DNA of 46,257 nucleotides from Caulobacterales bacterium (GCA_016234625.1 JACRBD010000347.1:1-46257), one strand, 5' to 3'. Positions 9,304 through 18,888 are shown, counted from the stretch's first letter. The notes: generated from the sequence alone by a model not told the origin. Program-made: numbers and translations.

Positions 9304-11558
9304 TAGAAGGTCCTCGCGAAGCTGACGCCGAAGGTGCGCGCGGCGCCGTAGACGCGGAAGCCGATGCCGAGCGCCAGGTTGTTGACCCCCTGGGTGACGT
9401 AGCGCTCGTCCGCGAGGTTCTTGCCCCAGATCGAGATGTCCCAATCCGAGCCCGACAGCAGGCTCGCCCGCCCGTTCCACACCCAGTAAGCCTCGGTGGC
9501 GATCAGGGGATCGTTGAGCGCGTCCTTGAACATGTCGCCGGCATAGTGGCCGTCGATCTGGAACCGCGCGTCGAGGCTGTCGCCGACGGCGACCGTGTAG
9601 ACGGCCGAGGCGTTGAAGCTGACCTCCGGCGCGTCCGGGAGTTCGTTGCCGGCCGGAACCGCGCCGCCGGACGAAGCGAAGGCGCCGAGCTCGGTGTGGA
9701 GAAGTCCCAAACCGGCGGTGATGTCGAGCCCCGACAGGGCGGACGGCGACCAGGTGGCGTCCAGGTCGAGACCGTAGATCGTGGCTTCGTCAACATTGCC
9801 GAGACGCTGGATCGGCAAGCCGCCCGAGGTGTCGCGAATGAACGTCTGGACGTCCGAATAGTCGTAGTAGAAGGCGCTGCCGGACCAGGAGAGACCCCAT
9901 TCCGGCAACCGCTGCTTCATGCCGACCTCCCAGGCGATCAGGCTTTCTGGGTCGTACGGCTGCAGCTGGCCGGAGTTGGTCGCCACGCCGGAGAAGAAGC
10001 CGCCGCTCTTCACACCCCGGCTGACGCTGGCGTAGATCAGGGTCAGGGGATCGGGTTTCCAGTTCAGACCCAGTTTCCAGGACCAGTTGGTGTCGCTGAT
10101 CGTCTCATCGACGCTCGCCAGCAGGACCGGCGGCGAGCCGCACGGGACCAGGGTGAGGAAGCTGGCCGGGCAGTTGGGCACCAGGTCGTAGTCACCACCC
10201 ACGTTGGCCTTCTCTTCCCAGGTGTAGCGCAGACCCGTGATAAGGCTGACGTCGCCGCCGAGCTTGTATTCGAGGTTGCCGAACACCGCGGCGGACTTTG
10301 AGGTCTGGTTGGAGAAGGTCAGGGTCGTGGTGTTGAACAGGTCCTGAAGGTCGCCGTCGTAGGTCATCTTGACCCGGTCGCGGGAGGCGAAGGCGCCGAC
10401 CAGCCAGTCGCTCCGGTCGGTGGCGCCGGACAGGCGGACTTCCTGCGACAGCTGCAGGATGTTGTCGTGCTCGATGAAGTCCGTCTGGCGGAACGGTCCC
10501 GCGTCGGTTTCGGCCCCCCAGTCGCGTTCAAAGTCGAGGTAGCCGGTGATCGAGGTCAGGGTCGCCCAGCCGAAGTCGCGTTCGATCCGCAGCGTCGCGG
10601 AGCGCTGATCCACGTCGTAGGAAGGATCGGTCGAGTAGTCGCCCTTGAACGGGTCATTGTCGGTATCGCGGTAGCCCAGGAAGTCCATGCAGCCCGACGA
10701 GCCGGGGCAGACCAGACCCGGAGGCGCGCCCGGCGGCGTCAGAAGCCCGAAGAACTCAGGGGCCCCGACCTCGGACCTCACGCGTTGCGCCTCGAGCTTG
10801 AGCTGGATGTCGAGATCGTCGCTGGGCGCCCAGCGGGCGATGGCGCGCCCCATCAGGACATCGCGTCGGCCAAAATCGCTGCCCGTCACGCGGTTGAAGA
10901 ACATGCCCTCGTCCTGTCGAACCGCCTTGCCGCTGAAGCGCAGCGCAAAGGTGTCCGACAGGCGGAGATTGATCATCCCCTCGAGGTCGATCGTCTCATA
11001 GTTGGCATAGCCACCGGAAACGCGGCCCTCGACCCCGCCGAACGTCGGCCTGGCCGTCACGATGTTAATCGCGCCGGCCGTCGAGTTGCGCCCGTAGAGG
11101 GTTCCCTGCGGCCCCTTCATGGCTTCCATGCGCTCCAGATCGAACAGGTCGAAGTTCATCAGCGCCAGCGAGCTCAGATAGACTTCGTCGACATAGACCC
11201 CGGCGCTGGGATTGTTGGTCGCGCTGAAGTCATTGAGTCCGATGCCGCGGATGGTCACCACCGGCAGGATGCCGGGCATGTTTTCCTTGATATCGACGTT
11301 GGCCGTGAAGGCCGCCAGATCCGTCACCTGGGTCACGCGGTTGGCCTGAAGAGTCTCGGCTGAAACGACAGCGACGTTGACGCCCACGTCCAAGGTGTCC
11401 TGTGCGCGTTTCTGGGCCGTGACCGTGACGACGCCCACCTCGGTGGGGGCTGGGTCCTCGGCCGCCTGTGCGCCGCCGCCGATCAACAATGCCGCCAGTC
11501 CGGCGCCGCCCGCCAGCCATGCCTTGCGACCACGCATCGCCTGAGAATGTGAAGTCAT
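9303..11558 (-). CDS. TonB-dependent receptor
   Basis: Signal peptide, TonB-box region VTVTAQKR, plug motif KGPQGTLYGRNSTAGAIN, C-terminal Phe (ARTF). Confidence 0.95.
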   Translation of the reverse strand: MTSHSQAMRGRKAWLAGGAGLAALLIGGGAQAAEDPAPTEVGVVTVTAQKRAQDTLDVGVNVAVVSAETLQANRVTQVTDLAAFTANVDIKENMPGILPVVTIRGIGLNDFSATNNPSAGVYVDEVYLSSLALMNFDLFDLERMEAMKGPQGTLYGRNSTAGAINIVTARPTFGGVEGRVSGGYANYETIDLEGMINLRLSDTFALRFSGKAVRQDEGMFFNRVTGSDFGRRDVLMGRAIARWAPSDDLDIQLKLEAQRVRSEVGAPEFFGLLTPPGAPPGLVCPGSSGCMDFLGYRDTDNDPFKGDYSTDPSYDVDQRSATLRIERDFGWATLTSITGYLDFERDWGAETDAGPFRQTDFIEHDNILQLSQEVRLSGATDRSDWLVGAFASRDRVKMTYDGDLQDLFNTTTLTFSNQTSKSAAVFGNLEYKLGGDVSLITGLRYTWEEKANVGGDYDLVPNCPASFLTLVPCGSPPVLLASVDETISDTNWSWKLGLNWKPDPLTLIYASVSRGVKSGGFFSGVATNSGQLQPYDPESLIAWEVGMKQRLPEWGLSWSGSAFYYDYSDVQTFIRDTSGGLPIQRLGNVDEATIYGLDLDATWSPSALSGLDITAGLGLLHTELGAFASSGGAVPAGNELPDAPEVSFNASAVYTVAVGDSLDARFQIDGHYAGDMFKDALNDPLIATEAYWVWNGRASLLSGSDWDISIWGKNLADERYVTQGVNNLALGIGFRVYGAARTFGVSFARTF

Positions 11559-11703
11559 CTTCCCCGCCTCTTCCCTGATGGTCGCCCGGTTCGCTCTGAT
11601 GGCGTCCGTTTTTCGACACTTGAGTTTGGATGCATAACGACACGACCAGAATGGGCCGTCAAGTTTTTCGACAATCGGGTAGGTTTGAGGTATCAGGCGT
11701 CGA

Positions 11704-13041
11704 GTGATGGCGAGGCGAATGAGCAACAAGGCGAACGACAAGACCCAACGGCGGCCTTCCCGGGACGCGCCCAAGCGGGTGGCCAAACGCGACCTGCTCC
11801 TTGAGGAGGCCGCGCGCCGGATCAATGCGCAGGGCGCCGGGGCGATCATCCTCAACGACATCGCCGAGAAGGTCGGACTGTCCCGCAACACCCTCTACTA
11901 CTATGTGGCGGACCGGGACGACCTGGTCTTCCGCTGCTACCTCCGCGCCTGCGAGGCGACCGCCGATGATCTGGCGCTCGCGCATGAGCTGGGACAGAAT
12001 CCGGCCGACCGCATCCATCGTTTCGTCGAAGCGGAGCTGACCCTGGATCGCCCGGCCCAGGCCGTTCTGTCCGACATCGACTACCTGCCCGAGCCTCAGC
12101 GCGGCCTGATCCGCGAACACCAGGGCCGCAACGTGGTCGCGCTACAGGGGCTCATCGCCGACGGCGTCGCGAGCGGGGCGTTCCGCGCCTGCGAAACGGA
12201 AATCGCCGCCCAAACGCTCCTGGGTCTTCTGGCCTGGGCGCGACTGTCGGCTGGCTGGCTGGGGTACCGGGATGATCGTGTGGCGCGTCGCCGCGCCATC
12301 ACCGCCATCACCGACCTCTTTCTCAACGGATTCGCCGCCGACCCCCACGCAAGGACCGCCTGCGAGATCACCACCGACACGCTCGTGGCCAAACCGTTCA
12401 ACGCCTTCGACAGACAACAAACCAACGAGATCAAGATCGGCCAACTCATCACGGCGGCGTCGCGACTGTTCAATCGCCGCGGTATCGATGGCGTCTCCCT
12501 CGACGACATCAGCGCCAGCGTCGGAGCGACCAAGGGGGCCGTCTACCACTACTTCGATGACAAGGCCGATCTGGTGGTGCGCTGCTACCGGCAAGCCTTC
12601 GAGCTCTATGACCTGTTCATGGACACCGCCGTCACTGTCGGCCAGACCGGCTTCGAACGGGCCATGATCAGCCTTCATCTGAACATCCAGGCCCAGGCGA
12701 GCGGCCTGTCGCCGTTGATGCTTCAGCCGGGCAGAATGTCCCTCCCCAAAGACGATCTGGCGAAGTTCAGCAACGCGACGCGGCGACTGCGGACCACGTC
12801 GACACGGAACATGCGCCAGGGCGTGGCGGACGGGACCTGCCGCAACATCGACGCGACCTTCGCCAGCGACGTGGCCGCCGGCATCTTCCTCTGGCTGCCC
12901 AAATGGCTGCCCGAGGGCTATCCCCTGACGCCCACACAGGTCGCCGACGAGATCACCAACCTCGTCGCCCTGGGAATTCTTCGTCGCTCAGAGGGTCACG
13001 GCGTGGTCGCTGATCGCGATCTGGAAAAGCGTGAGAGCTGA
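11704..13041 (+). CDS. TetR/AcrR regulator with two tandem TetR domains
   Basis: Two HTHs: LNDIAEKVGLSRNTLYYY and LDDISASVGATKGAVYHYF. Divergent from the receptor. Start may be 11719. Confidence 0.88.
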   Translation: MMARRMSNKANDKTQRRPSRDAPKRVAKRDLLLEEAARRINAQGAGAIILNDIAEKVGLSRNTLYYYVADRDDLVFRCYLRACEATADDLALAHELGQNPADRIHRFVEAELTLDRPAQAVLSDIDYLPEPQRGLIREHQGRNVVALQGLIADGVASGAFRACETEIAAQTLLGLLAWARLSAGWLGYRDDRVARRRAITAITDLFLNGFAADPHARTACEITTDTLVAKPFNAFDRQQTNEIKIGQLITAASRLFNRRGIDGVSLDDISASVGATKGAVYHYFDDKADLVVRCYRQAFELYDLFMDTAVTVGQTGFERAMISLHLNIQAQASGLSPLMLQPGRMSLPKDDLAKFSNATRRLRTTSTRNMRQGVADGTCRNIDATFASDVAAGIFLWLPKWLPEGYPLTPTQVADEITNLVALGILRRSEGHGVVADRDLEKRES

Positions 13042-13065
13042 CCGTTTGAACGTCGGCTCGGAGTC

Positions 13066-14643
13066 GAGGCTGTGTGAAAACGCGGCCGGATCGAGCAAAT
13101 CAGGATAGCCCTCTGGGGTCAGCAGGAGGTGGGTATGAGCCGCTTCGTTCAGGGTGCAGACAGCCGGCAGCCGACGCTGCTTCCCGAATGTCTCGATGAT
13201 TATGTGGCCGAGGATAATCCGGTCCGGGTGGTCGATGTCTTCGTCGACGAGCTGGATCTGAAGAGCCTGGGTTTTGAGGGCATGACGCCGGCGGCGACGG
13301 GCCGACCCGCCTACCATCCGGTCATGCTGCTCAAGCTCTACGTCTGTGGGTACCTGAACAAGGTGCAGTCCAGCCGCCGCCTGGAGCGGGAGGCGCAGCG
13401 TAATGTCGAGCTGATGTGGCTGACGGGGCGGTTGGCGCCGGACCACAAGACCATCGCCGACTTCCGCCGGGAGAACGGTGCAGCCATCCAGGCGGCCTGC
13501 GCCCAGTTCGTGGTGCTATGCCAGCCAGCTGGGCCTGTTCGGCGCCGCCCTGGTCGCCATCGACGGCTCGAAGTTCAAGGCGGTGAACACCCGCGACCGC
13601 AACTTCACCGCCTACAAGGTGAAGCGGCGGATCGAGCAGGTCGCCGAGCACATCGCCGGCTATCTGCAGGACCTGGACACGGCTGACCGGCAAGAGGGCC
13701 AGGCCGCCGAGGCCCGGGCCGGACGGCTGGTCGAGAAGATCGATCGGCTGCGCGCCCAGATGGCGATGCTGAAGGCGATGGAGGCCGAGGTCGAGGCCTC
13801 GCCTGACAGCCAGGTATCCCTGACCGATCCCGACGCCCGCGCCATGGCGACGTCCGGCCGGGGCAGCGGCATCGTGGGCTACAACGTCCAATCCGCGGTC
13901 GAGGGCGAGCACCACCTGATCGTCGCCCACGACGTGATCATGACAGGCAGTGACCGCGAACAGCTCGCGTCGATGGCGGCGAAGGCCAAGGGCGCGATGG
14001 GTGTGGAGGCGCTCGATGTGCTGGCCGACCGCGGCTACTTCTCCGGCGAGGCGATCCTGGCCTGCGGGGCCATGGGCGTAACGCCCTACGTCCCGAAGCC
14101 ACAGACCTCAGGCGCCAAGGCCGGGGGCCGCTTCGGCAAACAGGACTTCGTCTACCAGCCCGACCAGGACGTCTACCGCTGCCCGGCCGGCGCACTGCTC
14201 CGGCGACACATGACGACCGTCGAGAAGGACATGACCCTGCACCGCTACTGGGACCGGGCCAGCTGCACCGGCTGCCAGCTGAAACCCCAGTGCACCCCCA
14301 GCATCGAGCGACGGATCACCCGCTGGGAGCATGAAGCCGTGATCGACGCGCTCCAGACCCGGATGGACCTTGCCCCGCGCGCCATGCGCGTCCGACGACG
14401 GCTGGTCGAGCATCCGTTCGGCACCATCAAGGCCTGGATGGGCCACACCCACTTCCTGATGAAGCGACTGCCCAACGTGAAGACCGAGATCGGCCTCCAC
14501 ATCCTGGCCTACAACATGAAACGTGTGATGGCAGTGCTCGGAGCGAAGCCGCTGATGGAGGCGATCAGGGCCTGAAACCAGGCCGCTCCACGCCTCGATC
14601 CGCCTCGGCACCCTTGCAGCTCAGCGCGTTTTTACACGGCCTC
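13066..14643 (+). mobile_element. IS1182-family insertion sequence
   Basis: Terminal IRs GAGGCTGTGTGAAAACGCG / CGCGTTTTTACACGGCCTC (17/19 match). 4-bp target duplication AGTC at 13062-13065 and 14644-14647. Confidence 0.92.
13135..14575 (+). pseudogene. IS1182 transposase, frameshifted near 13520
   Basis: N-terminal GRPAYHP...SSRRLERE...PDHKTIADFRR in one frame; IDGSKFKA, GYNVQ, ADRGY and VEHPFGTIK in another. Confidence 0.88.
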
Positions 14644-14660
14644 AGTCAAGAGCGGCCCAA

Positions 14661-15575
14661 TCAACCCAATAGGGCGACGTCGCGACTTGGGTCGAATGCC
14701 GCCTCGTTCCAATCCCCGACGACGCCCGGGGGGAACTCGACCCAGGCCTTCAGGCCGGTCCGGACCAGTTTGGCGCGCAAGTGCTCGGCCGACGCCTCGC
14801 CATCCTTGCCGCGATCCGCGGCGATCAGCACCGAGCGCACGCCAGGCGGCGGGGCCCAGCTTCGCAGGTTGCGGGTCGACATCAGCGACCAGGCCGGGAG
14901 CGAGAACCGCTCACTGGCCGACAGCGTGGTGAAAAATCCTTCGGCGACCAGCATCTCCGGCGCCGCCTCATCGATCCTAACCGCCGCCCCGGCGGGCACG
15001 GCGCCGACCGTCTTGCGGTTCAGACGCAGGTCGGCCGCCCGATGGGCGTTGGGCGCGAGATAGGTCACCTCGACGGCGGTGAAGCCGCCCATGGCATCGC
15101 TGACGCCCACCAGGAGGGCGGGGCGATGATGGCGGCTCTCCGCCGCATAGGCCGAGACCGGCGCATGGCCGCAGTGGCGGAGCAGCTGCGGTCCTGGCAG
15201 GGCGCGCGTGATCGCCCGCAGCCGGCAATGTCGTTCGGAAAGGGTGTTCGGCACGGCTTTCCCAGCCTCCCAGATCCGCCGCGCGGCGTTCAATCGCTCG
15301 GTCGTCGTCCCGGGGTTCGCGGCCGCCGAGGCCCGGCGCGACTGGCTAAGGGTGGTCGGCGCGTTGTGGGCGTCCACCAGGCCCTCGGCGCGCAGGTGAT
15401 CGAGCACCGCGCGCCAGTCGCCATCCCCGAAGGCGTGGACGATGATCCGCCCCTCCTTCAGCAGCAGCGAGACGGACCGGTCGGCGGCGCTATGGCCCGG
15501 CGCTGGGATGTTCGCCCTCTGGCCGCGATCGTAGAGATCGCCGCCCAGGGCCTGGACGATGGGTCTCAAGGACAT
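14661..15575 (-). CDS. Toprim-domain (primase-like) protein of conjugative elements
   Basis: GHSAADRSVS N-terminus; Toprim motifs LVAEGFFTTLS, IAADRGKDG, GDWNE. Confidence 0.85.
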   Translation of the reverse strand: MSLRPIVQALGGDLYDRGQRANIPAPGHSAADRSVSLLLKEGRIIVHAFGDGDWRAVLDHLRAEGLVDAHNAPTTLSQSRRASAAANPGTTTERLNAARRIWEAGKAVPNTLSERHCRLRAITRALPGPQLLRHCGHAPVSAYAAESRHHRPALLVGVSDAMGGFTAVEVTYLAPNAHRAADLRLNRKTVGAVPAGAAVRIDEAAPEMLVAEGFFTTLSASERFSLPAWSLMSTRNLRSWAPPPGVRSVLIAADRGKDGEASAEHLRAKLVRTGLKAWVEFPPGVVGDWNEAAFDPSRDVALLG

Positions 15576-15619
15576 GGCGACCTCCCGGGACTGCCTGACC
15601 AAAATTCACCCACCCCAAG

Positions 15620-15635
15620 CCTGCCTCCACCCTTT
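15620..15635 (-). promoter_or_regulatory. Conserved purine-rich upstream motif, copy 3 (AAAGGGTGGAGGCAGG)
   Basis: About 45 nt upstream of the Toprim gene start. Confidence 0.6.
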
Positions 15636-15935
15636 CCGTCCGCGGCCGACGGACGCTCGGGATCTGACCCGGGGGCGTTGCGGGGGATGCCCCCGCTGGT
15701 GGGGGTAGGGGCAGGCCGCAACGCCTGCGACTCAGGGGGAGGGCGCTCCCCCACCAAATCCACAGACAGCCCTTGATCCTGGCCAATCACTCGCCAAACC
15801 GAAGCTCCCCCCTCGGCATCGCAACTCACAGGCTTGAAATTGAGGCGATAGCCCGGGAAATGGCGGCGCAAAATCGTCACAGGCGACGATCAGAAGGGCG
15901 ACAGCCATGTGCTTTTATAGCAAGATAAGCCCATC

Positions 15936-16331
15936 ATGAGTTTGGGGCATTCCGTGATGAACACTGATCAGATCGCGGGGGACGAGGCTCGGAGCGAAGA
16001 AGCCTGGGTCATCGGCGCGAACCCTGAGCTAGCCATCCGGGCCCGCAATGTCTCGATGTATCTTGAGCGCGGCGGCTCCCTCAAAGAGGTCCGGCTGACC
16101 GAAAGCGAACACGGCGACTGGAGCGTCTGGCTGCGCCTGGCCGGACGCGCCGGAGAATACCGGCTCGCCAAATTCAAGTCCGATGCCCCCAAGGTCTATC
16201 GCGATGTCAGCCTTGCGGTCGCGGCCTGCCGCGATGATTTCGGCTATTTCGGACCCATCATTCTGTCCACGGACAAACAGCCCTGCGCCAGGGCCGCCGG
16301 CCAGGATCCCGGCGCGTCCCAACTCGGATGA
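15936..16331 (+). CDS. Hypothetical protein
   Basis: 131-aa ORF with protein-like composition; family not recognised with confidence. Confidence 0.6.
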   Translation: MSLGHSVMNTDQIAGDEARSEEAWVIGANPELAIRARNVSMYLERGGSLKEVRLTESEHGDWSVWLRLAGRAGEYRLAKFKSDAPKVYRDVSLAVAACRDDFGYFGPIILSTDKQPCARAAGQDPGASQLG

Positions 16332-16365
16332 CGGGATGGGCGTATAGCCGCGAGCGTCCTGGATC

Positions 16366-17112
16366 ATGACGGCCTTCGACGTCCCGGACGGCTTGTCCGA
16401 AATCGAAGACGAGCTACCGCTCGTCATGGAAATGATCGCCCGCACGGCGCGCTGGGTGCATCCCGACACCTTCAAGGCGTTGCCGATCTGGTGCCCGGAC
16501 ACGGCGAGAAGCCGGCCTCGCTACGACGCGGCCTGGAGCAAGGTTCTGGTCAGCGGCAAGGGTGTGCCCAAGGTCGAGGAAAACATCCGAGCCGCGACGG
16601 CGCTGGTCGAGGCGCTCGGGGTCAAGACGCCGCCGAAGCCGAAGAATTGGACGGTCTGTCACATCTGGGGCTACGACGACGAGAATTGCGCCGGCAAGAG
16701 CAACGTCGTCCAGGACCCACGCTTCTATTCCTGCGTGGGCAACATGACCTGGCTTCCGACCCCGCTGAAAGGCTTCACTGACGCAGACCCGCAGATCAAG
16801 GAGTGCCTGCGGGTCTGCGCCTACCATCTCTATGGTTGGGCCTGCGAGCATGAGGATGTCCCGGTCGGCGCCGAGCGCGTCCGGGCCGGCGTCATTCCCG
16901 TGGGATATCCAGAAGCGTGGCCAACGGCCGAGCGGCGCACCCTCCCGCCTGGCACCGCGCCCTATAGCGATCGGGTGCGCACGGCGATCGCCAAGCGCAA
17001 GGCACGGTTCCGCCAGCAGCTCGCCGACCCAGCCCTTGAGCACTTTGGCCATGACGCCGTGCGCGAGGTCTTGACCTTTTGGAACGTGGATCTGGCGGGG
17101 CCGGAGCACTGA
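16366..17112 (+). CDS. Hypothetical protein, possible His-Me finger (HNH-like) nuclease
   Basis: 248 aa with NWTVCHIWG...FYSCVGNMTWLP, a spacing reminiscent of HNH cores. Confidence 0.6.
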   Translation: MTAFDVPDGLSEIEDELPLVMEMIARTARWVHPDTFKALPIWCPDTARSRPRYDAAWSKVLVSGKGVPKVEENIRAATALVEALGVKTPPKPKNWTVCHIWGYDDENCAGKSNVVQDPRFYSCVGNMTWLPTPLKGFTDADPQIKECLRVCAYHLYGWACEHEDVPVGAERVRAGVIPVGYPEAWPTAERRTLPPGTAPYSDRVRTAIAKRKARFRQQLADPALEHFGHDAVREVLTFWNVDLAGPEH

Positions 17113-17119
17113 TCACCGA

Positions 17120-17410
17120 CTAGCGCCTGGCGGCCGTCCATCCAGCCCCCCGCGCCTCAGCCGCCCGCCACTCCGAGGGCCGCTCGAAGGCGCCCGTCCA
17201 GACCCCGCGCCTGGCCCGGCGCGCTTCGGTTTCCCCCGCCCGTGTAGGTCCCGCCGCTGAATTGGCGATATTCCACCCCCACATTCGGACCCGTCCGGAG
17301 CCGAGGGTGAAGGTGTCGCCATCGACCACGGGGGCCTGACCGCTAAGCGAGACGGGACTCGCTGCGGCAAGCATCAGGCCAACCACGACCCACAAACTGC
17401 GCCCGATCAT
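17120..17410 (-). pseudogene. Thermonuclease (SNase) remnant with internal deletion
   Basis: Signal peptide + VVDGDT...RVRMWG joins almost directly to EARRARRGVW...PSEWR. The IDAPE...DRYGR catalytic core is missing; VEYRQFSGGTY survives out of frame. Confidence 0.8.
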
Positions 17411-18807
17411 CGTTGATCCTTGCGCAAGGTGACTAGGACCCGCTCGACGAACACCTCGGCGACCTCGGCCGCCTGAAGGATGGCGGTCACGTAGTCCCGT
17501 TTGATCCGGTCGGCGGCGATCCCGCTCGGCGTCGACAGGGTCAGGAGCCCGTCCTCGATGCCGTGGAAACCGACCTTTCCAAACCAGCTGCCATAGGCGC
17601 CTTCGCGGACGATGGCGCGAAGCGCCGTATCGATGGCCTGCCAGGTCGGATCGTCGGTCCCCGGCGCGGCCATCAGGGCCACGGGCGGAGCGGCCTCCGG
17701 CGGCGGGATTTCCCCCTTCACCCGCATGATCCGGGCGAGGTTCAGGCGCAGATCGGGCGCGCCCTGGGCGGTTCGGGTGACCATCCAGCCGAAGTATTTG
17801 CAAGGGCTCTGGATATCCGGGTCTTCCAGCGCGATGGCCAGCATCGCGATCACCCGCGGCCCGTGGCGGGCCCAGCCCCAGCCGACCGACAGTGCGTTGT
17901 TGCGCTCGATCTCAGGAAGCCAGGTTTCCGCCGCCGCGGCGATCCGGGCGACATCGGCAGGCCCCGCGCTGGCCGGGTCGGCGAGGATATGATCCCCCAC
18001 CAGCGCGGCGAGCCTCGGACAGACCTGGACGGCGGCCCTGAGCTCCTGGCGCACCATTTCCGCCGCCGCGGAGGGTGCGGATTGAGCGCCACCCAAGCCG
18101 CTTGCTCCCTCCGGAGAGCAAATGGCGTTGGACGTGCCGTCGCTGTGGTGCTGGCCCGAGGATCCGTTGCGTTTGCCGTTCGCGGTAGGCGTAGCCGGAC
18201 GCGCGAAGGAAGAACTTCGCGGCGAAGGCGCGTCCTTATTCTGTACAGAGGAACTGTCGTTCTTATGGGACTGTTCTAGGCGCCGGGATATAGGCGCCTG
18301 GGCGGCATATCTCTGCGCAAACACCAGGGGTTCAAGATACTGGGCTCGGCGAGCTTGCGCCGCCTCGCGGAACGCGGCGTCAGCGGCCTCCATTTCGTCC
18401 AGGCGCGCCACCAGCGGAGCCAGGTCATAGGCTTCGACGCCGGCCGGGCGGTTGGCGCGATTGTAGTCGCGAACCATGTAGCCGGCCGCCTCCAGGCCGC
18501 GCCGGTTGGCCCGCGCGGTGCTCTCACTACAGCCGAGGTAGTCGGCGATCAGCGCCGTGCTCGGCCACACGCAGGCGACGTCCTTCTCCAGCCGGTCCTG
18601 ATTGAGGTGCTCGACATAGAGCAGTAGGGTCATCCGCTGCTGGATGGTGAGTGTGGGCGTACCCTTCAGCACGGCCGCGGCGATGCGTGCGATGCTTTCG
18701 CCCGGGCTCCAACGCCAGGCGCGGGCCTGCTCGCAGACCGCGTCAAAGTTGGGGGCTCGTTTGGCGAATCCTGGTCGCCAGTCATCCTCGGATAATACGC
18801 TTTGCAT
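17407..18807 (-). CDS. repC: RepC-like replication initiator with C-terminal DnaA_N-like domain
   Basis: VWPSTALIADYLGCSESTAR HTH and YDLAPLVAR (RepC N-terminus); DIQSPCKYF; tail WQAI...GAYGSWF...LTLSTPSGIAADRIKRDY. Confidence 0.8.
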   Translation of the reverse strand: MQSVLSEDDWRPGFAKRAPNFDAVCEQARAWRWSPGESIARIAAAVLKGTPTLTIQQRMTLLLYVEHLNQDRLEKDVACVWPSTALIADYLGCSESTARANRRGLEAAGYMVRDYNRANRPAGVEAYDLAPLVARLDEMEAADAAFREAAQARRAQYLEPLVFAQRYAAQAPISRRLEQSHKNDSSSVQNKDAPSPRSSSFARPATPTANGKRNGSSGQHHSDGTSNAICSPEGASGLGGAQSAPSAAAEMVRQELRAAVQVCPRLAALVGDHILADPASAGPADVARIAAAAETWLPEIERNNALSVGWGWARHGPRVIAMLAIALEDPDIQSPCKYFGWMVTRTAQGAPDLRLNLARIMRVKGEIPPPEAAPPVALMAAPGTDDPTWQAIDTALRAIVREGAYGSWFGKVGFHGIEDGLLTLSTPSGIAADRIKRDYVTAILQAAEVAEVFVERVLVTLRKDQR

Positions 18808-18888
18808 GTCGTCCCTTCGTGCTGGGACGAGGCCGTTTCGACGGTGCGAAACCGGCAGGCAGAAGACAACAGGTCTCCCATTCGGGCC

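Noticed and set aside
13500-13540. Programmed frameshift in the IS1182 transposase
   Set aside because: No slippery A-run at the site and the family normally has a single ORF; a mutation or sequencing error is more likely.
5443-14643. Composite transposon formed by the two ISs
   Set aside because: The ISs belong to different families, and IS1182 has its own intact target duplication.
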